Positions 15,781 through 24,859 of a stretch of DNA of 32,000 nt are shown in pieces (the first letter of the stretch is position 1; each line of letters begins with the position of its first letter). The stretch comes from Ruminococcus albus 7 = DSM 20455. GTDB taxonomy: Bacteria; Bacillota; Clostridia; Oscillospirales; Ruminococcaceae. The translations under genes and the position numbers were made by a program. Below the pieces are notes generated by a model. That model was not told the DNA's origin. It worked only from the letters and a program-made list of their open reading frames with translations, and ran no database searches. The stretch covers positions 2,820,001-2,852,000 of the forward strand of contig NC_014833.1 in the NCBI RefSeq assembly GCF_000179635.2, given 5' to 3'.

Positions 15781-16074
15781 TTATTCATCGCCATTGAATT
15801 TGAGATTTTTATCTACATACCTGATCATGTCCTTGTATTCGATCTCAGCTTTCTTCAGTTTGATCGACATCAGAAAATGCAGGAATGCATTAGTCTTTTC
15901 AGACTGATACGACTCAGCCTGAAATATGTTATTGCATTTTGTGCAGGCAAGACTGGGTTCATGCTTTATCGTGAATTCATTCCTGTGACCTTGAAATGTA
16001 TGGATCGAGGTCTCACTTATCTCGAGTTTCAGCGGTGCATTGCAGTAACAGCATTTGTCAAATACTTCTTTCAT
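15781..16074 (-). CDS. 97-aa zinc-ribbon-like protein (CCYC ... CTKC), a fourth ORF inside the IS66 element
   Basis: The ATG at 16074 overlaps the tnpC stop as ATGA (16071-16074). It lies inside the IS66 terminal IR. Confidence 0.5.
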   Translation of the reverse strand: MKEVFDKCCYCNAPLKLEISETSIHTFQGHRNEFTIKHEPSLACTKCNNIFQAESYQSEKTNAFLHFLMSIKLKKAEIEYKDMIRYVDKNLKFNGDE

Positions 16075-17426
16075 TTTTCTTCCCTCCATGGTAATAATAT
16101 CGTTCCTGCCGGCTGTGAAAACAGCTCTGTCAGATATTTTTCCGCATCAAGACCATTTGCCTGTGCGGTTGAAATGATCGAGTACAGCACTGCACTTGCT
16201 TTTGCACCGTTTGCTGTGTTGCTGAAAAGCCAGTTTTTTCTCCCGACTGCAAATGGGCGGATAGCATTCTCGGCTCTGTTATTGTCGATCGGAATATCAC
16301 CATTTTCGAGAAATGTGTAAAGATATTTCCGCTCGTTCAGAGCATACCTCACTGCATCTGTCAGCTTGCCCTTACCGCTGACCTGAACATTTTCAAGCCA
16401 CGCAAAAAACTCGTCAAGCAAAGGCTTTACCTTCACAAGGCGCTGTTCATATCTGTATTCTGCGGAGCTGTCGGCAAGCAGACTTTCTTCGTGATATATC
16501 CTGTTGCAAAAAGCAACCGCCTTTGCTGCGACAGAAGTACTGTAAGCTGACTTGTCTTTCGGCAGACACTCTACAAAATGTCGTCTGTTATGAGTCCAGC
16601 AGCCACATCTTTTTGCACCTTCGACTGCATTGTAAGCATCGTATCCGTCGCAGATAAGATATCCGATAAAGCCTTTCAGGAAATTCGAGGCGTGCTCACC
16701 TTTTCTTGTCGGTCGGTAATCGAAAATGATGATGCTCCTGTCATTCATTTTGCCGTTGCAGTAGACCCACATTCTTGATGTCGTGGTAGGCTTTCTGCCT
16801 TCCTCGTGCAGTACCTGAACTGTTGTCTCGTCGGCGTGGATGATCTGCCCCGAGATAAGCATCTCGTGCATCTTCTCTACAATAGGCATACACCATTTTT
16901 CAGCAGCCATAATCACCCAATTTGACATGGTCGCTTTGAGCAGAGGTATCTTCTTTGAATTAAAGTCCTTTTCCTGACGGTGCAGAGGTACTGATTTTGC
17001 ATATTTTTCGTAGATGATATGTGCCAGAAGTTCGGGAGAGCAATAGCTTCCCGGGATCATAGCATGAGGATAGGTTGCACGAACGATATGACAGTTTTCG
17101 TCTCTTTCTTCGGGCTTTTCTCCGCACTCGGGACACTTGTATTTATGTACGATATGCCTGCGGATATGAAACTTGGCAGGAGTATATACAAGTTCATCGT
17201 AAGCCTTTTCTGTACCGATATCTTTCATTTCGGCACTGCATATTTCACATACGGGAGCTTCTATCTCATGATGTTCCTCTTTGATCTTAAGACTACTCAT
17301 CCAATCATCGTGAGTGCGCTTTTTCTTGCGCTTGTATTCGGGAATGGTGACAGTTTCTTTTGGTATTGATTTTTCTTCGTTATTTCCGAACATCGAAAGC
17401 TGAACACCAAATTCCTTCTCCATCAC
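16071..17426 (-). pseudogene. tnpC: IS66 transposase TnpC, C-terminal ~450 aa (split by IS21)
   Basis: Zinc-finger region CEICSAEM...CPECG and DDE region ADETTVQV...DGYDAY...NNRAENAIRP. It joins in frame with 24260-24410 to give 499 aa. Confidence 0.9.
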
Positions 17427-17595
17427 TGATTATTCCGAACTCCGGAAAACATCAATCCGCCTGAAGGAAAACATCGATACGCGGCGAGGAAAACACTAAT
17501 CCGCACAAGGAGCGCATTAATTCGCCAAAGGAATGCACTTCGTGTATAATATAGGAGAGGCTAAGCCTCGAATATACACGAAGGAGGCCATAAAT

Positions 17596-18228
17596 ATGGC
17601 GGACAAGATCAATGTGAAGCTCATTCTTGAGCTTCGTCAGGCAAATATGTCGCAGAGGGCTATTGCAGCATCACGGCATATCTCAACCAAATCTGTAGCA
17701 GCAGTGTGGAAGAGGGCAGATGCTCTCGGTGTCAGCTATGCTGATGTCGCAGACAAGAGCGACGATGAGGTGTATCTGCTCTTCTTCCCGGACAAGTTCA
17801 GGAAGGAGACTATGTACGCACCTGTCAACTATGAGTATGTCCACGGTGAGCTGAAAAAGACCGGTGTTACACTTAAGCTGCTGTGGCACGAGTACAAAGA
17901 TAGTGCGAAGGACGGCGTTCCTGTCGGTTACACGAAATTCTGTGATGATTACGCCAAGTATGTTGAGCAGAACGATCTCACGAATCACATCACGCACAAG
18001 CCCGGAGTTGTATGCGAAGTGGACTGGAGCGGAAAAACGATGAAACTTAACGATCCAGATGATGGTAAGATGCATCACGTTTATCTTTTTGTAGCGACAC
18101 TTCCGTACAGTCAACTTGCTTATGTAGAACCTTGCCTGAACATGAACGAGCAGACCTGGATAGGTTGCAATATCCATATGTTCGAGTATTTCGGTGGTGT
18201 TACGCTCCGTATCGTCTGCGACAATCTC
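17596..18228 (+). pseudogene. istA: IS21 transposase IstA, N-terminal 211 codons
   Basis: RBS AAGGAGG precedes the ATG at 17596. HTH region ANMSQRAIAASRHIS. It ends at ...RIVCDNL, where the RIT-like element is inserted. Confidence 0.85.
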
Positions 18229-18379
18229 TAATGTGAAGCTTTACATTAGAGATTTAATGTAAAGAGGATGTTAATGTAAAGCTGAATAAAAATAGATCTA
18301 AAATCTAATGATTATAGGTATTCGACTTTACATTAATATGATATAATTGGATCAATCATAGAAAGGAGGAATTATCATC

Positions 18380-19611
18380 ATGATTGATTCCAGTTACTCA
18401 ATGACACTGTATGATGCAATCCAACTGTTTCAAAGACACATCATACAAAACTACGGATCTGAATCCAAAACAGCACAGGCTTACATTCGGATCTCTAATG
18501 ATTTACAGCGGTATGCTAAAGGAACGGATTTGGAGGTTTCTCCGGAAGATGTGATCCAAGAATACTATCGTATTATCGTCGGGGTCCCTGCATTTGAAGC
18601 TGTTCCGTCAAAATCAAAAGAACGTCGAGGAAGAGCTGTTCAGATGATTCTGGATATCCTTAATGGAAAAGAACCTAAGAGAAAGTATACCACCCATAAG
18701 CGTGATTGTCCCATTACGTACCTGAATGTCATCAGAAAATATGAAACTTTCATGAGAAATGACCAAAAGAGCGATGGCACAGTACGCACGAGATCCGGAC
18801 GAATCACTGTGTTTTTTTGCTTTTCTTGAGGAGTGTAAATGTACATCATTAGAGGGCATCACGCCGGAGCTGTTTGCAAGATTTGTATCGTCCCTCAATG
18901 ATAGGTATTCATCACAGGGAAAAGCGTCCATTTTGTATACGTTAAGGAATTTCTTTTCCTATGATGAGTTCTCAGGAGCGCTATCTTTCGATCCGATTCC
19001 CTTTTGACAGGGATTCATTCCGGAAAGCATGAAAGACTCCCATCCTTTTACACGGCAGAAGAAGTAAGGCGTATCCTGAATGCTGTCGACAGGAATACCC
19101 CATGGGGAAAAACAGTCTATCTTATGATGCTTTTGGCAAGTGTGTACGGTTTTCGCTCAAGCGATATCAAAGCAATGGTTCTTGACAATATAAACTGGAA
19201 AAATCGCACAATAAATATCACGCAGTACAAGACGCACAAAGAGATTTCCCTTCCCATGACAGATGAGATCCTTTTTGCACTCCTTGACTATATTAAGAAT
19301 GTGCGTCCTGAGTCAGACTGTTCGAATGTGTTCATCCGACTTAGAAAACCGTACATTGCATACTCAATGAATGATCACTTTGGCGACAAGATATTACCGT
19401 TTTTGAAATTGCCGGTGTTGATACAAAAGGTAAACATCATGGTCTGCATTCTTTAAGGCATAGTTTGGCAACAAACCTTTTGGTTTCAGGAACCCCGATA
19501 AATGAGATTGCTGTGATACTTGGACACACATCTGCGGCATCCACAAAAACTTATGTATGGTCAGATATAGAGCATCTCCGAGCAGCAGCATTGGAGGTGC
19601 CTAAAAAATGA
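18380..19611 (+). pseudogene. Tyrosine recombinase A of the trio, broken by three frameshifts
   Basis: The reading frame moves through ORFs 18380.., 18759.., 19004.. and a fourth frame ending at 19611 (GKHHGLHSLRHSLAT...LGHTSAASTKTYVW). The catalytic R/HxxR/H..Y residues are present across the pieces. The shifts lie near T-runs around 18812, 18995 and 19402. Confidence 0.75.
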
Positions 19612-20588
19612 TCAATGACAAGGAATTTCTTAAATTTGAAGAAGGTTTTTTCAAACCATATTTTGAAAAATTCATAGAGTTCAAGCGTGGAAAAGGTGAA
19701 AAAGTTGCTCATTCAACCATGGTTCGCTTAAGGAAACTGAACAATTCGCTTAATACTTACTATGAACACCATATATCTGACCAGATGGTGGAGGAGTTAC
19801 TGGCTCCTCGTGATGGATTAAGCGAATTAGAACGCCAATATCTTACAGCGAATCTCCGCCAGTTTTGTTCTTTCTTGGCGCTTCTCGGAATTGATGCGGT
19901 CATCGTCCCACGAAAATATATGCGAACGGTAAAGAGTGAATTTCGTCCGTACATTTTCAGCGACGATGAACTGCGCCGTCTGACTATTGCAGCCGACACG
20001 CTTCCTGCATCAAGAAAGTCGAGCTCGCATCAGCAGATATACCCAGTGCTCGTCAGATTACTTATAGGTACCGGAATGCGCATAGGCGAAGTCCTTGCAC
20101 TGAAGCGGGCGAATGTTGACACTTCAAACGGTGTGATCAATGTTATCAACGGTAAAAATGGCGTTTCAAGATTTATTCCTGTATCCGACAGCTTGAAAGA
20201 AGTCCTATTTGACTATGCCAAGACTATAGATATGTCTGATGAGAATAGACCGTTTTTCACTTCCTCCTACACCGGTGGTCATCTTACATATGATGCTATG
20301 AAATATATGTTTCCAAAGATGTTTAAGACGGCAGGCATACACAAGTCAGATGGTAAGACGCCAAATATCCATTCTATCCGGCATACATTCTGCACCAAAA
20401 GTCTGGAAAAAATGTTGGAAAACGGAATGAATGTCTATACTGCTATTCCAATACTGGCGGCATACGTCGGACATGTGAATTACATAGATACAGAAAAATA
20501 CATTCATTTCACAGAACAGGGACATACGGATTTCTTGCAGAAAGAATCATCCTTGGGGAGTCTATTCCCGGAGGTGGACAATGAGTGA
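19608..20588 (+). CDS. Tyrosine recombinase B of the trio
   Basis: 326 aa. GMRIGEVLAL, HSIRHTF and GHVNYIDTEKYIH. The ATG overlaps the recombinase A stop as ATGA. Confidence 0.85.
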   Translation: MINDKEFLKFEEGFFKPYFEKFIEFKRGKGEKVAHSTMVRLRKLNNSLNTYYEHHISDQMVEELLAPRDGLSELERQYLTANLRQFCSFLALLGIDAVIVPRKYMRTVKSEFRPYIFSDDELRRLTIAADTLPASRKSSSHQQIYPVLVRLLIGTGMRIGEVLALKRANVDTSNGVINVINGKNGVSRFIPVSDSLKEVLFDYAKTIDMSDENRPFFTSSYTGGHLTYDAMKYMFPKMFKTAGIHKSDGKTPNIHSIRHTFCTKSLEKMLENGMNVYTAIPILAAYVGHVNYIDTEKYIHFTEQGHTDFLQKESSLGSLFPEVDNE

Positions 20589-21585
20589 TAATTTATTCTT
20601 CTATATACAACGATATTTTATGTCTTACCTAATGAAACAGCATAATTACGGCCCTAATACTGTTTCATCATACCGAGACACCTTTAAGCTTTTGCTTAAA
20701 TTTATGTCAGAATCCGGTAAAAGCATATCAAAGAAAACTGTTGATGAGATTGACTGCGATGTAGTACTCAAGTTTCTCTCTTGGCTTTCGAATGTCAGGA
20801 AAAATGGGGTGCCTACCCAAAATGTAAGATTGGCACATATAAAATCATTTTTTCGATATGTAATGATGATCTCACCTGAATACTCCGGGCAATGCAGCGA
20901 AATACTCAGTATACCATTTGCAAAGGAAGATAAAAGGCTTCCTGATTGTATGTCTACGGATGCTATAAAGCAAATGCTTTCATCGATCGACTCATCATCT
21001 AACGAGGGACTAAGGCATTTGGCAATCTTATCCCTTATGTACGATTCAGCTTGTAGGGTTCAGGAAATCATTTCACTAGATGTCAAAGACTTTCAGCCGG
21101 GTCAATGCTGCAGGATATATGTGCATGGTAAGGGAAATAAATATCGCACCATTCCGTTACTGGGAAAAACAGAAAAAATCATCTCAAAATATATCAGGCA
21201 ATTCGGTCTTATGCAAGAGTCCCCAATGTTTTGCAACAGGAATGGTGACCGGCTAACAAGGCAAGGCATCCGCTACATAATAAGGAAATACTCTAAGTTG
21301 GCAAACGATACGGTTCCCGGTATTATAACCGGCTCTGTATACCCACATCGATTACGCCACAGTAAAGCCACACACCTTGTGGACAATGGCGTAAACATTT
21401 ATAATGTCAGGGATTTCTTGGGACATGAGTCTGTTGCAACAACTCAGATTTACCTGTCAACGAATCCGGAAGTTATCAGAAAGGCTATCGAGACAGTAGC
21501 TGAGAAAACAGTATCAGAAAGCCTTGATTTCTTTTCAGACAAAGAAAAGGACGATTTGATTTCCTTCTTGGATTCACTAGGATAA
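20581..21585 (+). CDS. Tyrosine recombinase C of the trio
   Basis: 334 aa. ACRVQEIISL, HRLRHSKATHL and LGHESVATTQIYLS. It overlaps recombinase B by 8 nt. Confidence 0.85.
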   Translation: MSDNLFFYIQRYFMSYLMKQHNYGPNTVSSYRDTFKLLLKFMSESGKSISKKTVDEIDCDVVLKFLSWLSNVRKNGVPTQNVRLAHIKSFFRYVMMISPEYSGQCSEILSIPFAKEDKRLPDCMSTDAIKQMLSSIDSSSNEGLRHLAILSLMYDSACRVQEIISLDVKDFQPGQCCRIYVHGKGNKYRTIPLLGKTEKIISKYIRQFGLMQESPMFCNRNGDRLTRQGIRYIIRKYSKLANDTVPGIITGSVYPHRLRHSKATHLVDNGVNIYNVRDFLGHESVATTQIYLSTNPEVIRKAIETVAEKTVSESLDFFSDKEKDDLISFLDSLG

Positions 21586-21684
21586 CACGCATTTGTTAAT
21601 GTAAAGTAGGTCATGATGGAATGCCGATCAGACTTTCATTGAAACGGCCGACTTTACATTAACATCCTCTTTACATTAAATCTC

Positions 21685-22611
21685 AAGACCGGCGTTGTGA
21701 CACATCCCCGTGAGGGTGACATCATTCTGAACCAGTGCTATGAAGATTTTTCAAATCACTACTGCACGGCGATCATGCCCGCCGGCGTGAAAAAGCCGAA
21801 GCAGAAAGCATCCGTTGAAGGCACTGTCGGGAAGATAGCTACTGCCATCATTGCCCGTCTGCGCAACAACGAATACACTACACTTCATGAGTTGAAAACA
21901 GATGTTGCAGCAGCACTGGAGGATTTCAACAACAGGCCATTCCAGAAACGTGAAGGCAGCCGCCGTGAGGTGTTTGAAGCAAATGAGCGATTCACACTGC
22001 GACCGTTGCCTGCATTTCCGTATGAGTATGCTGTGTGGGAATACGGGCGCGTGATCGGCTCGGATTTTCATGTGACCTACCGGACCTGCAAGTATTCAGT
22101 GCCATATCGTTTTGTTGGAAAGAAGGTCGACTTGAAGATCACAGACAGTTTGATCGAGGTCTATTGCGGTCATGAGCGTATCTCTTCCCACAAGCTTTTT
22201 CCAAGTTATGTCCGCAACAAGTATGACACATATCAGGAGGATATTCCCGAACGTTTTCAGAAAACGGAATGGAACGAGCATAATATCCGAGAATGGGCGG
22301 CATCTATCGGCAAGCAGACCTTAACTGTCATTGAACGAATTTTCAAGAGCTATCGCACTTCAGAACAGGGTATCAATCCCGCAATGTCAGTGTTGAAGCT
22401 GAGTAAGAAATACTCCTCCGAGCGTCTTGAAACAGCTTGTACGATGGCACTTGAACACGTCTGTGTACCTCGCTATTCGCATCTAAAAGCTATCCTTGCT
22501 TCCGGGCAGGATCTGGAATACAAAGAGAAAAAGAAGAATGAGAATGTATCATCACCCTCGGGATTTGTACGCGGTGCTGCATATTACGGAGGTGACGATC
22601 ATGCTGAGTGA
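21685..22611 (+). pseudogene. istA: IS21 transposase IstA, C-terminal 308 aa
   Basis: It begins KTGVVTHPREGD, which completes the conserved DNLKTGV motif in frame with 17596-18228 for a total of 519 aa. Confidence 0.85.
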
Positions 22612-23077
22612 GGAAACAAGACGCAAGCTGCGTGAGATGAACTTCGGCGAGCTGGTCGAAGCCATTGACCTTCAGGAGAAACAGCCGGAATATTTGGCAC
22701 TTACCTTTGATGAACGCATGAACCTTGCGGTAGATCAAGCCTATTCTGCAAAATACAATGCTAAGGTACATCGTCTTATCCATTCCGCTAAATTCCGTAT
22801 TGCCGATGCCACGCTTGTGAATGTATTTTATGAAAAACGCGGACTTGACAAAGAGATAATACTTTCACTGGGGACCTGTGGTTTCATCGAAAAGAACCAG
22901 CCGGTCGTGTTCAATGGATTCACCGGTTCCGGCAAGAGCTACCTTGCGTGTGCCATTGGAAGACAAGCTTGTATGCAGGGCTATCGCACAAGATATATCC
23001 GAGTTCCCGATCTTATGCAGCTTCTCGGTGAGGCATCACTTGACATACATGGCAGGGCTAAACTTCTTAAAAAGTTC
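22601..23077 (+). pseudogene. istB: IS21 helper ATPase IstB, N-terminal 159 codons
   Basis: RBS GGAGG precedes the ATG at 22601, which overlaps the istA stop. Walker A is GFTGSGKSYLA. It is interrupted after ...AKLLKKF. Confidence 0.85.
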
Positions 23078-23478
23078 GTAAGCGCCAACCAAACCCAGCC
23101 CCTAAAGAGAAAAGCCGAGGCTTCCAATGAAACCTCGGCTTTGATTATTAGAGCCATCTACTTGTACTTTACTACCGGTTACTATACTTCTCTACCAACG
23201 GCTGTAACTCTACTTTACAGCCAATTACTTTACCTCACTGTAAGTTTGCTTAGTAGGTACTGATATTGATGCCGTTCTCATTGCACCATTCTTCGACTTT
23301 CTTTCCGCTGCTCTGACATTCCTGTACCATTGCCGCCCATTCTTTGTGACGCACCTGCTTTTTTATCTCGCGTATTCTTCCCATGATATCTTACTCCTTT
23401 CAGGTTTCGATTTGCCCTCAGAGTAATTATATCATTCTTTGCTAACTTTGTCATTGGCTGGGGGTGGTTGGCGGTTAC
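23078..23478 (-). mobile_element. 401-bp IS66-family-derived MITE / deletion derivative
   Basis: Terminal IRs are GTAAGCGCCAACCAAACCCAG (left) and the reverse complement GTAACCGCCAACCACCCCCAG (right). 8-bp TSD AAAAGTTC at 23070-23077 and 23479-23486. It retains the 5' part of an IS66 tnpA-like ORF. Confidence 0.7.
23250..23384 (-). pseudogene. Truncated IS66 TnpA (orf1)-like HTH ORF, 44 aa
   Basis: RBS AAAGGAG precedes the ATG at 23384. MGRIREIKKQVRHKEWAAMVQECQSSGKKVEEWCNENGINISTY aligns with IKQEVRLQEWTAQIEAQQASGLTIREWCKEKGIKPNTYY of the tnpA gene at 24853-25173. Confidence 0.5.
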
Positions 23479-23486
23479 AAAAGTTC

Positions 23487-23756
23487 AGCGGATACCGTCT
23501 GCTGATCCTTGACGAATGGCTGCTCAATGATATGACTGAGAGCGAACAGCACTTTATATTTGAACTGATCGAGCGTCGCTATGATTGTACCTCAACGATC
23601 TTCTGTACGCAGTACAAGCGTGAGGACTGGCACAGCAGGTTGGGCGGCGGTATTCATGCCGATGCAATAATGGACAGGATCGTACATACTGCTGCTTGGG
23701 TGTATTCAGGCGACATCAATATACGTGAGTTGCAGGCAAAGGAGGCGGAGTCATGA
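23487..23756 (+). pseudogene. istB: IS21 IstB, C-terminal 89 aa
   Basis: SGYRLLILDEW (Walker B) continues in frame from 22601-23077 once the MITE and one TSD copy are removed, giving 248 aa in total. Confidence 0.85.
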
Positions 23757-23950
23757 TGAAAGATCGCTGCGCCTTCAGCAAAGACCATAAATGTCTGAAA
23801 TGGGAAGACTATGAGCTGACCCGTCACGAACTGGATGAGGCTGATAGACTTTGTCACAGCAATTGGATAGAGATCCAGAGACTGTATAAATACATAGACG
23901 CACTCAGATCCATCTTGGATGAAAACAACATTGATTATCCGGAAATGTGA
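23753..23950 (+). CDS. Hypothetical 65-aa ORF at the 3' end of the IS21 element
   Basis: The start overlaps the istB stop as ATGA. No recognisable motif. Confidence 0.35.
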   Translation: MMKDRCAFSKDHKCLKWEDYELTRHELDEADRLCHSNWIEIQRLYKYIDALRSILDENNIDYPEM

Positions 23951-24020
23951 TGATCAGTAACATTAGGTTGGTTCACTGCCAATCATCAGGACAGAAGCTT
24001 CTTGGCGTGTGACCACCGCC

Positions 24021-24079
24021 GTTTTCACGGCTTCCGCCTTCATTCCGCTTCGCTCCATTACGGCGGAAGCCGTGAAAAC
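24021..24079. repeat. Perfect 18-bp inverted repeat (stem-loop) in the IS21 right arm
   Basis: GTTTTCACGGCTTCCGCC (24021-24038) and GGCGGAAGCCGTGAAAAC (24062-24079), separated by 23 nt. Confidence 0.6.
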
Positions 24080-24259
24080 ATTTATTCAGATATGATACGT
24101 TCTATTATCTTTCTGGTAGTACACTTTGGTTTTGAATCATCGGCAAGTGCATTCCTTACGCGGATTGATGCGTTCCTCGTTTCAAATCGGTGCGTTCCTT
24201 GATTCGGATTAACGTTTTCCTTGTTGCGGATTGGTGTTTTCCTGGGAGTGAAATAATCA

Positions 24260-24410
24260 CCATCACAACGGAAGTCTGTTCTGTCTTGCGTCCGAATATC
24301 TGCTTTCTGAACCATTCAAGCTGTTGATTTGCCAGTGCGAGTTCGTCTCTGAGAACAGCATTTTCATTACGGAGCGATACGATTTCCGATGTCATATTCT
24401 GTTCGGACAT
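24260..24410 (-). pseudogene. tnpC: IS66 TnpC, N-terminal 50 codons
   Basis: RBS GGAGG precedes the ATG at 24410. MSEQNMTSEIVSLRNENAVLRDELALANQQLEWFRKQIFGRKTEQTSVVM is the leucine-zipper / FGRKSE-type N-terminus of IS66 transposases. Confidence 0.85.
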
Positions 24411-24502
24411 AAAGAACCCCTCCGTTCGTGATGATACATTCATGATACCACGAAAAGAGGGGCTTTTCAAGCACATATTCTGAATATTCATATGGCATTG
24501 GT

Positions 24503-24859
24503 TTAATACATCGCACAGGGTTTTCCCTCACGGATAGCTTTCGGCTGTTCGATCTTCAAACCTTCCAGAAGCCAACGTATCTGCTGCGATGTAAGCAAAA
24601 GTGCTTCTGATTCACTGCGCGGCCACTGGAATCTTCCGTTATCCAGCCGTTTGTATAACAGCAGAAAACCGTCGCCTTCCCAAAGCAAACCTTTGATCCT
24701 GTCACAGCGTCTTCCGCAGAATAAAAACAACGCCTTACTGAAAGGATCGAGCAAAAGCTGACCTTGAACGATAGCTGCAAGACCGTCTATCCCGCGCCGT
24801 AGGTCTGTATACCCCGTCACAAGGTAAACTCGTGTATTATTTGCAATATCCTTCAGCAT
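24503..24859 (-). CDS. tnpB: IS66 family TnpB (orf2)
   Basis: 118 aa. VYLVTGYTDLRRGIDGLAAIV...LFLFCGRRCDRIKGLLWEGDGFLLLYKRL is the canonical IS66 Orf2 sequence pattern. Confidence 0.9.
   Translation of the reverse strand: MLKDIANNTRVYLVTGYTDLRRGIDGLAAIVQGQLLLDPFSKALFLFCGRRCDRIKGLLWEGDGFLLLYKRLDNGRFQWPRSESEALLLTSQQIRWLLEGLKIEQPKAIREGKPCAMY

Larger units (their letters stand above)
18229..21678 (+). mobile_element. Three-tyrosine-recombinase (RIT-like, recombinase-in-trio) element, 3450 bp
   Basis: Three tandem overlapping tyrosine recombinase genes. Perfect 33-bp inverted repeat at 18249-18281 / 21652-21684. Multiple TTAATGTAAAG motifs at both ends. AATCTC is repeated at both junctions (18223-18228 and 21679-21684). 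Confidence 0.7.
17427..24259 (+). mobile_element. IS21-family element (about 2.97 kb without its two inserts), inactivated
   Basis: Ends run TGATTATTCCGAACTCC... to ...GGGAGTGAAATAATCA (TG...CA). 7-bp TSD CCATCAC at 17420-17426 and 24260-24266. Several ~20-bp subterminal repeats (GGAAAACATCAATCCGC-like) occur at both ends. Contains istA and istB. Confidence 0.85.

Noticed and set aside
17427-17545. Short, regularly spaced ~20-bp repeats that could suggest a CRISPR-like or iteron array
   Set aside because: The units are imperfect. They are mirrored at 24140-24259 in inverted orientation and sit at the termini of an IS21 element. These are the multiple transposase-binding repeats characteristic of that family.
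18380-19611. Programmed ribosomal frameshifting in the first trio recombinase
   Set aside because: Three separate frame changes in different directions are needed, and none has a recognisable slippery heptamer plus downstream structure. Decay or homopolymer sequencing error is more likely.
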